Source: the human T2T-CHM13v2.0 reference genome, Homo sapiens | Length of the DNA: 64,000 nucleotides | Assembly: GCF_009914755.1 (NCBI RefSeq) | Contig: NC_060944.1 | Strand: one strand, 5' to 3' | Shown here: positions 46,724-64,000 of the stretch, piece by piece | How positions within the stretch are numbered: the stretch's first letter is position 1 | How the letters are laid out: each line of letters opens with the position of its first letter | Position numbers and translations under genes: made by a program | Notes under the pieces: generated by a model | Told to the model about the DNA's origin: nothing | Seen by the model: only the letters and a program-made list of their open reading frames with translations | Database searches by the model: none

Positions 46724-46915
46724 TTAGTGGTTCTAAAATTTGAATATGCATCAGAATTGCTTGGAGGGCTTGTTAAAACACAGATTACTGGGCCTTATGC
46801 CCAGAATTTCTGTTTTAGTAAGTCTGAGGTGAAGTCCATGAATTTGCATTTCTAACAAGTTCCGTTTTAATGCTGACCCTGCCAATCTGGGGACCACACT
46901 TTAAGAATTACTGCT
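46724..46915. mobile_element. MER5A (hAT-Charlie MITE)
   Basis: AGTGGTTCTAAAA…GCATCAGAATTGCTTGGAGGGCTTGTTAAAACACAGATT…GGGGACCACACTTTAAGAATTACTG, with terminal inverted repeats. Confidence 0.85.
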
Positions 46916-46939
46916 CTAAATAAAAGTGAATAAAGAGAG

Positions 46940-49745
<2,806 letters not shown>

Positions 49746-50669
49746 CAAGCACCTCCATGTTCCAGGCACCGTTCTAGGTAGTAGCAATATACCTATGAAC
49801 AACGTGGACAAAAATCCTTGCTCTTGTGAAGTTGGCATTTTATTAAATAAATATATTTATTCACTAAGGCCTTAATTTTTCAGCATCTTATTATGGTAAT
49901 TTTCAAACACATAGAAAATTAAAACAATTACACAGTGAATTGTTCATATGTTTACCACCCAGATTCTACCTTTGACATTTTACTATATTTGTCCTATCTT
50001 GTATCTATCCATGTAGCCACCTATTTATCCATCTACCAATCCATCCTTTTTGCTTATAGCATTATATTTAAGACCACACAATGAAAACAACCTAAATGTT
50101 CAATAGTAGGGGATTTGTTAAATAAATTTATGTATTTGCACTCAATGGAATCATATGCAACCATTAAAACTTATAATTTTCAGACTGAGGAAAATCTGTA
50201 TCTAGTTTTAGGAGAAAGCAGGATATTAAACTACTGTGCATTTTTATTTTAACACTATGTAACAAACTATACAAATCAAAAGAACCATAAGCTATTGTAG
50301 AAAAAGGAAGGATACTTTATCTGTTAGGCTAGAGGGTTTTTTGTAACCATTTTTTTCTTTCCCCTTTTTTGATTTTCATTAATGTTGTTACTGCATTATT
50401 TATTCCATACATACATTTACAATTTTTTAATTGGGACAGTAAAATCATTAACTGTAATGTGCATCCAAACTATTTAGCAGGACATGGAGAAAATTGTAAT
50501 ATATTTGATTAACTAATTGCATATTGGATATTTTCTAGTGCCTAGATATACAAAGATGAATAAAATGAGCTATTCCTTGCCCAATAGAAGTTCACAATAT
50601 GTTAGAGACTATATATTTCCATAAAAGAATAAGTATATGATGAACAATAATTGTGCTGTGTATGTTATG

Positions 50670-50915
50670 TAGTGATTAAGAGTGGATTTTGAACTGATTC
50701 TTTAGATTTGCTTCCAAGACCCATTTCATACCAGCTGTTTGATATTTGGCAAGTTATTTAACCTCACTTTGCCTGAGTTTCTTATCTCTAATGAAGTTAA
50801 AATTACTTCCTACTCCTCACATTTATGTGAGGAGTAAATGAGTTAATACAAGTTAAAAGCTCAGAATAATCTCTGGCACATTATAAATAGTAAACAAATG
50901 TTAGCTATTTAGTTA
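50670..50915 (+). mobile_element. MIR
   Basis: GGCAAGTTATTTAACCTCACTTTGCCTGAGTTTCTTATCTC core. Confidence 0.75.
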
Positions 50916-52384
50916 TTATTTTAAATATTAGCATATTGTTAAGATTTCATGTTAATATATTGGTATTAAGATTCTATAATACGTTAGATTTTTCTTCAGA
51001 ACTTCTACTGATTATGTATTTATACATATTTTAGTGCATATATGCTGATACAGTGAAGTAAAGGTAACATATTTATGTTTGGATGATCAGATATTAAAGT
51101 TGCAAATTTTACTTCAGCCCAATATATTTATATTCCCTTTTAAAAGTCTTTATTGGCAAAACATAGTTAAAATATTCCAACCCTTAGAAACATAAGGTGG
51201 AACTCATTTCTAACTTAAAAATTATTTAAGACTATTTTAGGGTACAGACTGATTCTCTTAGAAAGTGTTCTGCTTTCTATTATCTTAGCGTTGGTGTTTA
51301 AGTTGTATAAATTTATGGCAGCGTTTGGAACTAGCTCAAGGTTTACATTTGATCAGGATATGTGGTCAGATTAAAAGCAGTTTTTCCTTAGCTCTAAGCC
51401 TAATGTCAATAGAAAACTATATTGAAAAGAAAAATGTCTCTTGAGTTTTCAGAATATGTTGTGTAATTCCATGGTAAATACAAATATAAATATTTTGTGA
51501 TTAATAAAATGAGAAAAACATGAGAATTTAGATGCTTGCTTCCTAAGTTACCAAAGTGAAAAGAGGACATTTATTTTTGTTTGTCTTTACCTCACTTTCA
51601 CAAGGAATTTCAGATGGAACAGTTGCCAGTTTATAATTCTCCTCTTGAATATTTTAGTGTCATTAAATGGGAATAATTTGGATCACATACAAGATTATGA
51701 TGGAAATGATAGAATGATGTAATGACTTTGGAGCGAGTTTTGTCTTGTCTCAGGAGAACTCATAATTGGATTGTGTTTATGGAAGAAGATGAAGAAGAAG
51801 AGACCCAAAAATGGAATAACCCTTTTATCTTCATCTGACTCTCTATTCTTGTCACAGTTTTTATCTTCAGGAGGGCACAAATAGCCTCTATCTGATTTCC
51901 CTATCCCATGCATAGGGTTTTCTTAAAGTTTTTTCACAAAGAAGAATTTATTTTTAAAAATTCTGTTCTATTCTTCATGTGTTATTTTTAAATGAGTTTC
52001 ACAGAGATACTCTGAAGCTGAAGAGGTTGTTTTTAATAATCTGATGTTACATGGTAAGTACTGGAAAAAGGTGGATGCAGGGAGTGGGTGGTATGATAAA
52101 ATGCTGTGGGTGTAGGTCCTGAACTGCAGGTTGGTAAATGTTTTTTTGGTAAGTCAGGAGATAATTTAAGCTTACTTATGTGATTGCTCTATTCCCCATA
52201 ATCCTTTGCAATGCTTGGTGAGACAGAATGAAAGAACTCCAGGTCTTAGCTGTTTGTTAGTGAACTGCTTTTTCTTAGAGCTGATGCTTTTGGTTATCAA
52301 GGAAGTCTGGATAGTGATGAAGACAAGTGTTGACAGGAGGGAGGCTGAAGATTAGGGTTATTTTTTTGAGTAAGAAAACATGTA

Positions 52385-52590
52385 ACTTAATTGTACACTT
52401 AAAAATAACTGAAAGAGTGTATTTGGATAGTTTGTAACGTAAAAGGGTAAATGCTTGAGGGGATGGACACCCCATTCTCCATGATGCTGTTATTTCACAT
52501 TGCATGTCTATATCAAAACATCTCATGTACCCCATAAATATATACACCTACTAAGTACCCACAAGCATTAAACATTTAAAAATTAAAAAA
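52385..52590 (+). mobile_element. L1MA1/2-like 3' end
   Basis: AAATGCTTGAGGGGATGGACACCCCATTCTCCATGATG…TACCCCATAAATATATACACCTACT. Confidence 0.8.
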
Positions 52591-55354
52591 TATATATGTG
52601 CATACTCTTTAGGAAAAAAGACCACTCCCAGTTCAGCTAATATCTGTGATCTTTTTGGATATTTTACTCCTGAAAATGGCTTCGATGGCTTCATTAGAAA
52701 CAACCTAAAATATTTCTTTTCCATAGTGATAAATTCTGAAAGATATTTCTCCTCATAAAATTTAACTAATTAACCTAATGCCATCCTTGGAATATTTAAA
52801 CGCTATGTCTGTTGTGTTTGGTTTAGGAAAAAGGACAACCCTAGAACCCAATTTTTTTCAGATTTTGCACTATAAATTTATTCATATATATTAAACAAAG
52901 TTGCTGACAGAAAAAAAAAAGTTGTATATCCTATTACATGTGTGATTTAGTAATATCCTTTAGGACACAATAACAATTATGAGGTACAATAAAATTTCAT
53001 TCTGTGCAGAGCTTTTCATGGAACCTCTAACCTCAATTCTTCCATAGCACTGTACTACACCACGCAGTAAAGAAACATTTTTTCAACTTATTTAGTATTT
53101 GAGGTATAAAATCTGGAGGGGGAAAAATGAGGATTTCAGTTGGATTTGAAATGAGATGGAGAGTTAATGAAACAGAGAGATACAGGCGGGATTCCTTGGG
53201 CTGTCAAGAGTAGGGAAGATTGAAGAGGCAAAAATGAATTCAAAGTGCATAGGCAGATGCAAAGATATCCATGAAGGTCTATCATCCATGATATTAACTA
53301 GAGCAAATAGGCAAATTTTCTTTTCCAAAAGGAAGCTATATTTAAAGAAAAATTAAACATAAGGGGAAACTTGAGAGTGATTTGTAGGAATTCACATCAA
53401 GCGGGTGGTCCTGTTTCTTAGCCCATGCTGAAGCATTCCCCATCTGTCATCTGAAGGGAAAGAGCATTGAATTCGTAAAGTATGGGAGTTTCCCCGTGGA
53501 GGAATGAGAAGATGCAGTGTGCAGCTAACAACCAAGGCTTGGGGGTGGAAGATGGGAAGAATCTGAAGAGCATGGAGGTATTAGGGCCATGTTAGACTGA
53601 ATGAATGAAATAAATACGGGTTAGAGAAAAGTGGAGGGAGGAAAAAGTAAAATCAGTCAAGAATTCTAATTGCTTACTCATTTGGAAATGAATGGACACT
53701 TATGAATGAGACCACGCTGCCCAGAAGATAGGAAGTAGCTTAGAAGTTGTTTCCTGATGGATAAAGCAGTGTGCAGATTCCAGTCACTTGGGTCTGTTCT
53801 TGCTTCTCATGAGCACACACCTCACACGTACTTGACCTGAGAGGAGATGCTCTTGTTGGAAACTAAGATTTTTTTGTCCTCTCGTGCCTCACATTATGCA
53901 GTCGCTGGAGGTGAAAGATCAAAGCTGGAAAAGTCATCTTTGAAGGGGAAACACCTTTCCTCACTCATGTTTACGATTTTTTTCTGTCTTGGTTTCATAG
54001 AAAAACTATGCAGGTAGCCAGAGCCCTAAGTTGTTGTGCCATCTGTAAACCTGACATCATGTGCAAATAACAACAGATGATGGAATTTCACCTAGGGTCT
54101 GATTGTGCCCAGGGAGACTTCATAGGCTCCAAATGCCTGCTTTTATCTTATACATCGAGAAGCCATTCAAACTTTCAGGGCTCTGCCAACTTGGCAAGAA
54201 GAAGAGTTGGCAAGCTTCCCATGCTAGTTTTCTTTTAGTTTGAAAGTTTTGAAGTGGGTCTGAGGTTGTGATAAATGCTTGTGAGGTCTCTTATTTGTTG
54301 ACTGTAAGCTTTTCATCATTTGACATGAATGAGAAACATCATTCCTTTGCAAGGATATTCCCTTTTTTCTGTTTCTTTAAAGTTATCTTAGAGACTTCTC
54401 AGTTACTGTATGAAACCATAAATTCTCTGAGCAAATGCCTGTTTTGACAGAGAGCTTTAAAGATACATGGCAAAAGTTTAAACAGGTCCTAACTGATGGG
54501 ATTTAAATACTGTATATAGTAATTAAATAGTTGTGCTAATAAAACCCTAAAGCACTGCTTGCATTTTTCTTCTTTAATCTCTCAAATTTTTCTCCAAGAC
54601 TCAAAATTCATGAATTAAATGAATTAGCCAAGGGAAATATAATTGTGTTAAATTTCCTAAGTGCTTTACACACTGATGAAAAAATTTAAAGTTTATAATA
54701 AATCTACAAATTATAGGTGGGGGCTCATTTTACCACATAGCTTCTTTAAAATGAAACTCCCAAGCATGGTAAAGAAATTGCATATAAATACTTGCTGCAG
54801 AAGTAAGAATACATAAAAAAACTCACTATGTACTTGAGTCTATTTGATTTGTTATGTTTAGATGGCTCCCATATGAATAAAATAACATTACAACAAAGCA
54901 TTTTATGACTTTTTCATATGGATTGATTATATATTGTGCATCTCAAATAATCTCTATCTCCTTTAATATTCCTCTATAAGTCACCATTACATAGTTTTAG
55001 TTCTTACATAATGGGATGCTATTAAATTTCTTCTCCCCCTTTTCTTAAAAACAAAAACAAAAACAGAAACAAGAATAAAAAAACACTCCCCAAAATGCTA
55101 TGCTATCTTTTTAAATTTTACAACATTTTTAGCCATGGGCTTCATATCTAGCTCAAGGTTTATTGTCTTTCTACTTTTTCTAAATGATTTAAGGCTTCTC
55201 TTTCTCACTGGACTTACCATAAAGTGACTTCTTGCTCTTCTGTCACTTTCTGAACCAAAATTTCTAGCCTCATTACACTGTGAGAGACTTAGGACCAGGG
55301 GCAGAAGAGAAGCCTTGACTCTCTTTGAGGACTAGCATAACATGATATGAACAT

Positions 55355-55778
55355 AGCAGGCCACTGATATGTGAGCATCCCATAAATAAAAGAGAATTAT
55401 CGCCAAGAAGCCCTTACTCAGCCAGACTACATTTCCAGTTTCTCTTGCATCTAAGTGGAGGCTTGCATCTAGTTTTCACCATTGGAATGTCAGATAAAAT
55501 GATGTATGTTCTTTCTAGCCTGTTAGGAAGCAGATGTGACTTCTCCATGCTGCCTTTCCCTGTCAGCTGACTGGCTATAGAAGACTCTCTGGACATCACA
55601 ATGTCATCCTAGCCACAAGATCAAAAAGAGTAGAGTTTCTGTGTCACCATGTGGAGAAAAGTTATCCACCAATCTGAAACAATTACGTTAGACTACTGCA
55701 TGGGCACAAAATAAACCTCTGTTCTGTTAAACCACTGAATTTTTTTTATCGCAGGTAATGTTATCTTCACTAATACAG
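55355..55778. mobile_element. MaLR (MLT1-type) LTR
   Basis: CTACATTTCCAGTTTCTCTTGCATCTAAGTGG…AAATAAACCTCTGTTCTGTTAAACCACTGAATTTT…CACTAATACA terminus. Confidence 0.65.
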
Positions 55779-56439
55779 GGAAGAAGTCCTGCTGCTTGTC
55801 AGACTTAGTAGGGCCCACTAATCCTGTTGAACCCAGAAGAACAGGAGCAAAGCTGCTCTAGTGTGTTGAATGGCGCCAATACCTTGTGAATGAGAGAAGT
55901 CTGCTTGACCAAAAGACCTAGGATACAATGGATGCCTTCTACAACTTCCTCTTAGTGACTATAAAACAGAGAAAAGCCTCTTCTAGGACTTCCATGGTAG
56001 ATTTTCCACTGCTTAAGCAATAGCATCTGCTTAGTGAATATGTCTGCTAAAGAAAAATCCAGACAAGTTAATATTCACATTTTATTTAAGAATATTCTAG
56101 ATGAGGAAGCAATAATTGAACAACTAGAAGTGTAGGCTGTCATTAAATTAGAGCTAATAGAGGAACTGGAAGAGAACTTTATCAAAAAGAGAAGTGCTCT
56201 CAAGAAGACTGAAGAAAATCGTGAAAAAAGAGCATTCAAAAGTATTCTGGAACTTAAACTGAAAATTCTACAAAGCTCAATAGATGAGCTGAAAAAGAAA
56301 GTCACTGTGTTATTTATCATGTAAGATTAATGTTAGGAATAACACATAAAAGAAATATTTCACAATACAGTGCAAAAATAGAAAAAAATCCACTTAATTG
56401 TAAAACTAGCTCTGAAAAACTGTGGGGAATATATATGGA

Positions 56440-56619
56440 GAGATCCAATATTTCCACTTCTTGCTCTGTATACAAAGGAATTGAAATTAGTGTGCCAAAG
56501 AGATATCTGCACTCCCATGTTTATTGTACCATTATTCACATAGCCAAGATATGGAAGCAACCCAGTATCTATCCGTAGTTGAATGAATAAAGAATATGTG
56601 AGATACACACACACACACA

Positions 56620-56670
<51 letters not shown>

Positions 56671-57262
56671 TGGAATATTATACACCCTTAAAAAAGAAGA
56701 AAATTCTGGCATTTGTGACAACATGGATGGACCTGGAACATTATGACATTATGCTAAATGAAATAAGCCAGGCACAGAAAGACAAATACTGCATGATCTC
56801 ACTTATATGTGGCATCTGTAGAAGTCAGTCTCACAGAAACAGAGAGTGAAAAACTGGTTAGCAGAGGCTGGATGGGGATTTGGAGAGAAGAGGAGCTGTT
56901 GATTGAAGGATACTAAATTCCATTTAGACTGGAGGAATAAGTTTTAGTGATCTATTTCACTGCATGGCGAATGAATTATAAGGTATTATGTATTTCAAAA
57001 TTGCTAAAAGAATTGATTTTTAATGTTCCCATCACAGAAAAGAAGTTGGTAAGGTGATAGATATGTTAATTAGCTTGATCTTTCTACAGTGTATACATAG
57101 ATCAAAACATTACGTTGTACATTATATATTATATAATATATTTTATATAAAATATAATTTATTTTATATATTATATACTTTATATAAAATATAATATACT
57201 TTATAGTATCTATTTTATATCTATAAAATCATTATCTCTCAAATAAATAAATAAATAAATAA
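56440..57262 (+). mobile_element. L1MA 3' fragment containing a (CA)n microsatellite
   Basis: AGAGATATCTGCACTCCCATGTTTATTG…GACAAATACTGCATGATCTCACTTATATGTGG and an (AAAT)n tail. Confidence 0.85.
56604..56668. repeat. (CA)n microsatellite with a CGCG interruption
   Basis: Directly visible. Confidence 0.97.
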
Positions 57263-57408
57263 GAAAGAAATTTACCTAGAGAGCAAAATGCCACATTTAT
57301 AAACCTTTAAAGCACTTGGGTATCATATTTTGCTTAACAAGTATTGCTCACCTCAGAGTCTTAAAATGTTCTATTTAATAATACTATTATTTTATCTTTC
57401 AACATTTA

Positions 57409-58858
<1,450 letters not shown>

Positions 58859-58871
58859 AAAAGTTTAATTT

Positions 58872-59820
58872 GATGTATTGTATATAGGATGAGGTAGAAG
58901 TTCATTTTTTTCCACATGTCTGCCATTTATCAGTGCCATATACTAAAAAAAGTATCCTTTTCCCGTTGATTTTAAATGCAGCTTTCATGATGTATTCTAT
59001 CCTTTTCTGGTATATATTTTCTGGGCTCTTTTTTTTTAACCAATATTTTGTCTATTCCAGTAGCCATATCATGCTATTTGGTTATGATGTCTTCGAGACT
59101 GTTATAATGTTTGGTGAAAAAAGTACTGTCAGTACTGTTTTCTTTTTTGTAAACATTTTTGACTTTCTATTCATTAATTGAATTTTAAAATCATTTGTCA
59201 GTTTACAATGGTTACTGGAAAACATTGACGTTGTAATTCTATTTTTCATTGCTTACTTTACATATTTTATATGATTTAACACTTTTAAAAATAAAGATAT
59301 ACCTCCATTATGAAATTAATTTTTACATGTTTTATAATTTATATTGCTTTTGTAAGTAGGACTTTTTAAAATATCCACTATTATTTGATTATTATTGCTA
59401 TTATTGAAATGCTGCTGACTTTTTATATGTATATTTGAATCCAGCTACTGTATTTAATTATCTAACTAACTCAACTTCTTTCTTAAATTGGAAACAAAGA
59501 CTGTCTTTTCTTCACAATATTTTTACAAATTATGTCATTTTTAGAGTCATTTCATTAGATAGAACTTCAAAGGCAATATTGAAATAAGTATGATAAAGCA
59601 GCCTTCTTTATTTTTTTCTTTATGTGAATGGAAATCATTTCAGTGTTGTCCTGTATTTGGTGTTTGCTGTTGGACTTTCATAAATAGTCTTTAAGATGAA
59701 TCTTCCTATCCATATGTTAAGTAGAGTTTTATTACAGATGGCTACTGAATATTACTAAATGCCTTTTAGGTGTTTATTAATACAATTACATCATTTTTCT
59801 CTTCTTATTTGTTAGAGAAG
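58872..59820 (-). mobile_element. Ancient L1M (L1ME-like) ORF2 relic
   Basis: Degenerate antisense ORF2 motifs (GAATCCAGCTAC, AGAACTTCAAAGGCAATATTGAAATAAG, GAATATTACTAAATGCCTTTT). Continues 5' of the inverted L1 at ~57300-57414. Confidence 0.6.
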
Positions 59821-60565
59821 GTTATGGTATCCTAGAATCAGAGAGAGAAAAAGTCAAGAAGGAAAGAGTGGCACCTTTATATAAAAATATAAAGCCTGGC
59901 TTATGCCCTGGTGAAACATTCAGCAAGGGAGATAAGACTAAAGTGTTTATATCAGCACTCATAGGATATAATTCACATGAAATTATGCAGTTAAGAGAGG
60001 AAGCACAGATATGAGTGAGGTCTGGATTTCACAGGAAAGGCTTTTTGAAAAATCACAATCCTTAAAGCTGGAACAAGATAGGACAAGCTTATTCATGACA
60101 TTATGAAAGCAGAGAAAAGATTAAAGAACTGAAAATTGCATATATGTGGTGGCGAAAAAGTTATTCAGCCCCTAGAAATGAAAATACTGGTGACTTTAAA
60201 TATGTGAAAACAATACAAAAGATAATTTGTTCTTCTTCACTAGAGATAGACAAGAGAATGACTAAAGTACTAAGTTAAACAAAGAAAATTATAGCAATGT
60301 GAAGTGTTAGTCACTGGAATCTTTTACCTCCCAACACAGTTTTCTGCAATTTTAAAAACTTTCTCTTCTGCTTGAAAGCAGGGACAAGGAGACCTTTCTT
60401 AGAATCAAGATTCATTGATTTTATGAAGTATATTCAGAAAAACCAGTTCTGCTGCTTAGTGATCTGTTTACTCCTGAAATCCTGAAGTGTCCCAAACTGT
60501 AGGGAATAAGATCAGAATGTGTAGGGTTTTTAGAACCTAGAACACCATGAAATTGCACAAACTAG

Positions 60566-61393
60566 GGGGAAAAGGACTGAACAGGCACTTTTCAAAGAAG
60601 ACATACATGCAGCCAAAAAGCATATGAAAAAATGTTCAACATCACTAATTATTAGAGAAATGCAAATGAAAGCCACAATGAGATACCATCTCACAAGTCA
60701 GAATGGCTATTGTTAAAAAGACAAAAAATAACAGGTGCTGGTGAGGTTGCTGAGAAAAGAGGATACTTACATACTGCTTGTGTTTTTGTAAATTAGTTCA
60801 GCCACTGTGGAAAGCAGTTTGGCGATTCCTCAAAGAGCTAAAAACAGAATTACCATTCAACCCAGCAACCCCATTATTGGGTATATACCCAAAGGAATAT
60901 AAATTGTCCTAACATAAAGACACATGCATATGTATGTTAATCGCAGCACTATTCATAATAGCAAAGACATAGAATCAGCCTAAATGTCCATTAATGATAG
61001 ACTGGATAAAGAAAACATGGTACATATACACCATGGCATACTATGCAGCCATAAAAGGAACGAGATCATATCCTTTGCAGAAATACGGATGGAGTTGGAG
61101 GCCATTATCTGTTCCTGCATTTGCAGGAACAGAAAACCGAATACCACATGTTTTCACCTATAAGTGGGAGCTAAACAATGAGAAAACATGGACACAAAGA
61201 GGCAAACAACAGACACTGGGGCCTTCTGGAAAGTGGAGGGAGGGAGAAGGAGTGAATCAGAAAAAATATCTGTCAGGTACTATGCTTGGTACCTGGGTGG
61301 CTAAATAACCTGTACAGCAAACCCTGTGACATGAGTTTACATGTATAGCAAACCTGCACGTGTACCCCTACACCTAAAGTAAAAGTTTTTTTT
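60566..61393 (+). mobile_element. 5'-truncated older L1P (L1PA15/16 or L1PB-like) 3' end
   Basis: ORF2 C-terminus and 3'UTR. TSD AA(T/G)TGCACAAACTAG at 60551-60565 and 61394-61408. Confidence 0.88.
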
Positions 61394-62077
61394 AAGTGCA
61401 CAAACTAGAGGCTTCTTTTAAAAGATGGTGGAGTGTAAAGCCAATTTATTTGCACTAGCTTCTTTTGAAACCCAACAAAAACAACAAAAAAGAAAGAAAA
61501 CTCAAGAAAACCATCAGTTTATTTACCATGATTCATTATGCCTGAATTCTTTACTCTGATTTATTTCTTTGATGCTTATCCTTGAGTAGGTTTGTTTGCT
61601 TGTTGGTTTGAAAGACAAGCTCAAGATATTTCACTGTTTGAGGTTTTTTTTTGTTATTATTATTTTTTTTTCTGTTTCTACAGCTTCTTTTCTGGCCTAG
61701 TTGAACTACTTTTATTGATCAGAATTGGCATGTTACAATCTACCTACTAATCCACATATAATCTTTCGCTCCTTGCTCCTAGTTTTTCATCTTCCCTGGT
61801 GAACTACCGATTCTTTATAATTCAGCTCAAATATTAATACCACCTACTTTGTGTAAACTTTCCTGACTTCCCCAGGTAGAGCTGACTCTTCCCTCTTTTG
61901 CTACGTTTGTACCTTTACCATTTCTTTATCTTCCACCTGTAATGATAGGCTTTTACTTTGTTTTTTTCTTGTTTGTTATAGACCAAGTTGGGATCAGTCC
62001 CTGCTCTACTTACCTCCTCCCTGAGAAGCTTCTTTCTTCAATCAGGGGCAATCTTAAACAGGACATTAGCACTAGAT

Positions 62078-62157
62078 ACACACAGACACAGATACACACA
62101 CAGACATGCACGCGTGCGTGCGCGCACACACACACACACACGCACGCACACACACAC
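62078..62157. repeat. Compound (CA)n/(CG) purine-pyrimidine microsatellite
   Basis: …CATGCACGCGTGCGTGCGCGCACACACACACACACACGCACGCACACAC…. Confidence 0.9.
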
Positions 62158-62639
62158 CCCCCAAATAGGTTTTCTTGAAGTTTTACAGAAAATTCCTGGG
62201 GAGACATGGAAGAGGATTAACATGATGCACTCCAAAGCACAGACTTAATAAAAGTGCATTGGCTACCTCTATTTTTCCCCAAGCAAAATACCTCATGTTT
62301 TTCTTTCTCATAATGTCATCTCTTCCATATGCTTTCTAAAATGTGCCCTTCCTCATTCTAAGCAGGTTAGTTGTCACCCTCAGCTTGCATAAGCCACCCA
62401 GCAGAGCAAAAGCCTCTGTTGTTTCTAAAACCTGCCCTCTTGGGGGCCTCTTCCTTCCCCTTAGGTTGCTTATCACAGTCTCCAGTATTTGAAAATTCAT
62501 CTCTCTTCTTTTGGGGAGCCAGTAAATAGCAACAGGAGATTAAGCTGCTAATAATAACTAACATTTATAGTTAGCTTATTGTATGCCAGGCAGCATACTA
62601 AGTACTTTCTATATTACATTAAATAAGATTATCTTTATA

Positions 62640-62785
62640 TCCCTCTACCTGCAGGTTTGTCTCCTACGGAAGACTGTAAGCATTTGCACAGTGATGACTA
62701 TATTATTTTTTTCTGTATTCTTAATACTTAGCAACATGCCTGGCACATAGTAAGCACTTCATAAATGCTTGTTGGATGAATAGTG
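62640..62785 (+). mobile_element. L2 3' end
   Basis: AGACTGTAAG…TGCCTGGCACATAGTAAGCACTTCATAAATGCTTGTTGGATGAAT. Confidence 0.75.
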
Positions 62786-64000
62786 TGTATGCATTGATGT
62801 GATGTAATTGGTGGTGAGAAGAATCAGCCTGTTCACAGTAACTTTAGTCATAGTTCTTTTTATATTTGTTTTTTGTTTTCACTTCACCATGGTTGTCTTC
62901 CACTATTCATCATGTAGTCAGTACAAGCCCTGGTTGTCACTCTGTTAGCCATGGATATTTTCAGCTCTTATATTCTGACAACTAATTATTCCATGGGAAG
63001 TCTTTTAATCAGGATTCTCTTTGTTTATATTGAAATGACTAATATCTTTCTCACACATCTCATTTCAGCAATATGAGTTGATGCTGTATTTTGGATCATG
63101 TATTTTAGACCAGGTGGCCAGGCAGCAGCACTCCCCACCAATGCAGACAGGTTAGGTTTTCAGTCTGTGCTTGGTGCATCTCTAGGGGGTTAATGAAGCC
63201 TTCCCGTCGAAGCCGCTGTGATGAGAGGACAGGCAGGACTCCTGCTCCCTCCCCACCTGCTCTGAGTTCTAATCCGAGCAGCTCTTCTTCTGTCTGGTTT
63301 ACATATTCATCTTTTGGGTGAAATGGTGTTAAATATAATATATTTGAAAACGATTGGGTTAAAAAAGCTATTCTATTTAAAATATCAAGATGGCCATACA
63401 TAACACACATAGTTGGGTAGTGTAGTCAACTGCTGAAAATAAATACAGCACAACCCAACAAAACACCTTTCCCCTCAAACACTAACAAAGTAAAATAAAA
63501 TAAAAGCAAAACCCTGAAACCCAAGCAGAAATGTAAAGCTGAAGAGACATTTTCTAGATTGGTCAGTCACAGCAGTGTATTCAGAAGGCAGTTCTTCCTC
63601 CGGGTTTGAGAGGCCTGTAGCCATGTATACAGAAACTATCTTGGGTAAGGTGCCTCTACTCTGTCGGGCTTACTATTTAAGATCCTTAGTGGGTGTCAGA
63701 GGCCTTTGGCCTGTACTGCACAGGTCTTTTCTTGTTTGTGGAACGTCAAATTCATTTTCTCTCCAACAGGCCTTTTGGTTTCTTAAAACTCTCCGGTTCT
63801 TGTCCCTGCACGTTTTTCCCTCTCAATGGCATTTGACTCAGGTTGCCAGTCATTAATTTCCTTGTATGGAATTAAGGAGATCTTCTGGTCCATTCTGTGG
63901 CTAGAGGCAATAAGAGAACCCATCCTCATAGATCTAGTCTCAACATGAAGCATTAGAATGTAAACTCCCAACTCTAGAATATAAATAAGGTCACTGAGGA

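Noticed and set aside
56075-56320. A-rich, Glu/Lys-coding stretch on + as a coiled-coil host exon
   Set aside because: It resembles decayed L1M ORF1 (ATTCTGGAACTTAAA, CTCAATAGATGAG motifs) and has no clear splice sites.

Overview
AT-rich primate (human-like) intronic DNA. The only credible host coding sequence is a 30-nt exon at 34624-34653 (+) encoding (A)NASLLGGGG(V), the glycine-rich loop of the macrodomain ADP-ribosylhydrolase MACROD2 (recognised from memory as its short exon 4), so the window most likely lies in two giant MACROD2 introns. The first 12.5 kb is a nested retroelement stack. An older L1PA7/8-like element with both termini, a 14-bp TSD and a ~1.3-kb ORF2 deletion is interrupted by a complete ~6.17-kb L1PA4-like element (16-bp TSD) and by an AluS. 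The remainder contains older L1M fragments, eight more Alus, L2/MIR/MaLR/MER5A relics and a twin-primed 5'-inverted L1 at 57.4-58.9 kb. I find no new gene system. Two observations stand out. (i) Two inverted L1 3' ends ~56 kb apart share several non-consensus variants, suggesting gene conversion and a possible inversion substrate around the exon. (ii) There is a series of template-switch/templated-insertion scars, including an A-B-A'-B' interleaved inverted duplication inside a MIR and a 348-bp tandem duplication with a stuttered junction. Repeat subfamily calls are from recalled consensus sequences and were not checked with RepeatMasker.
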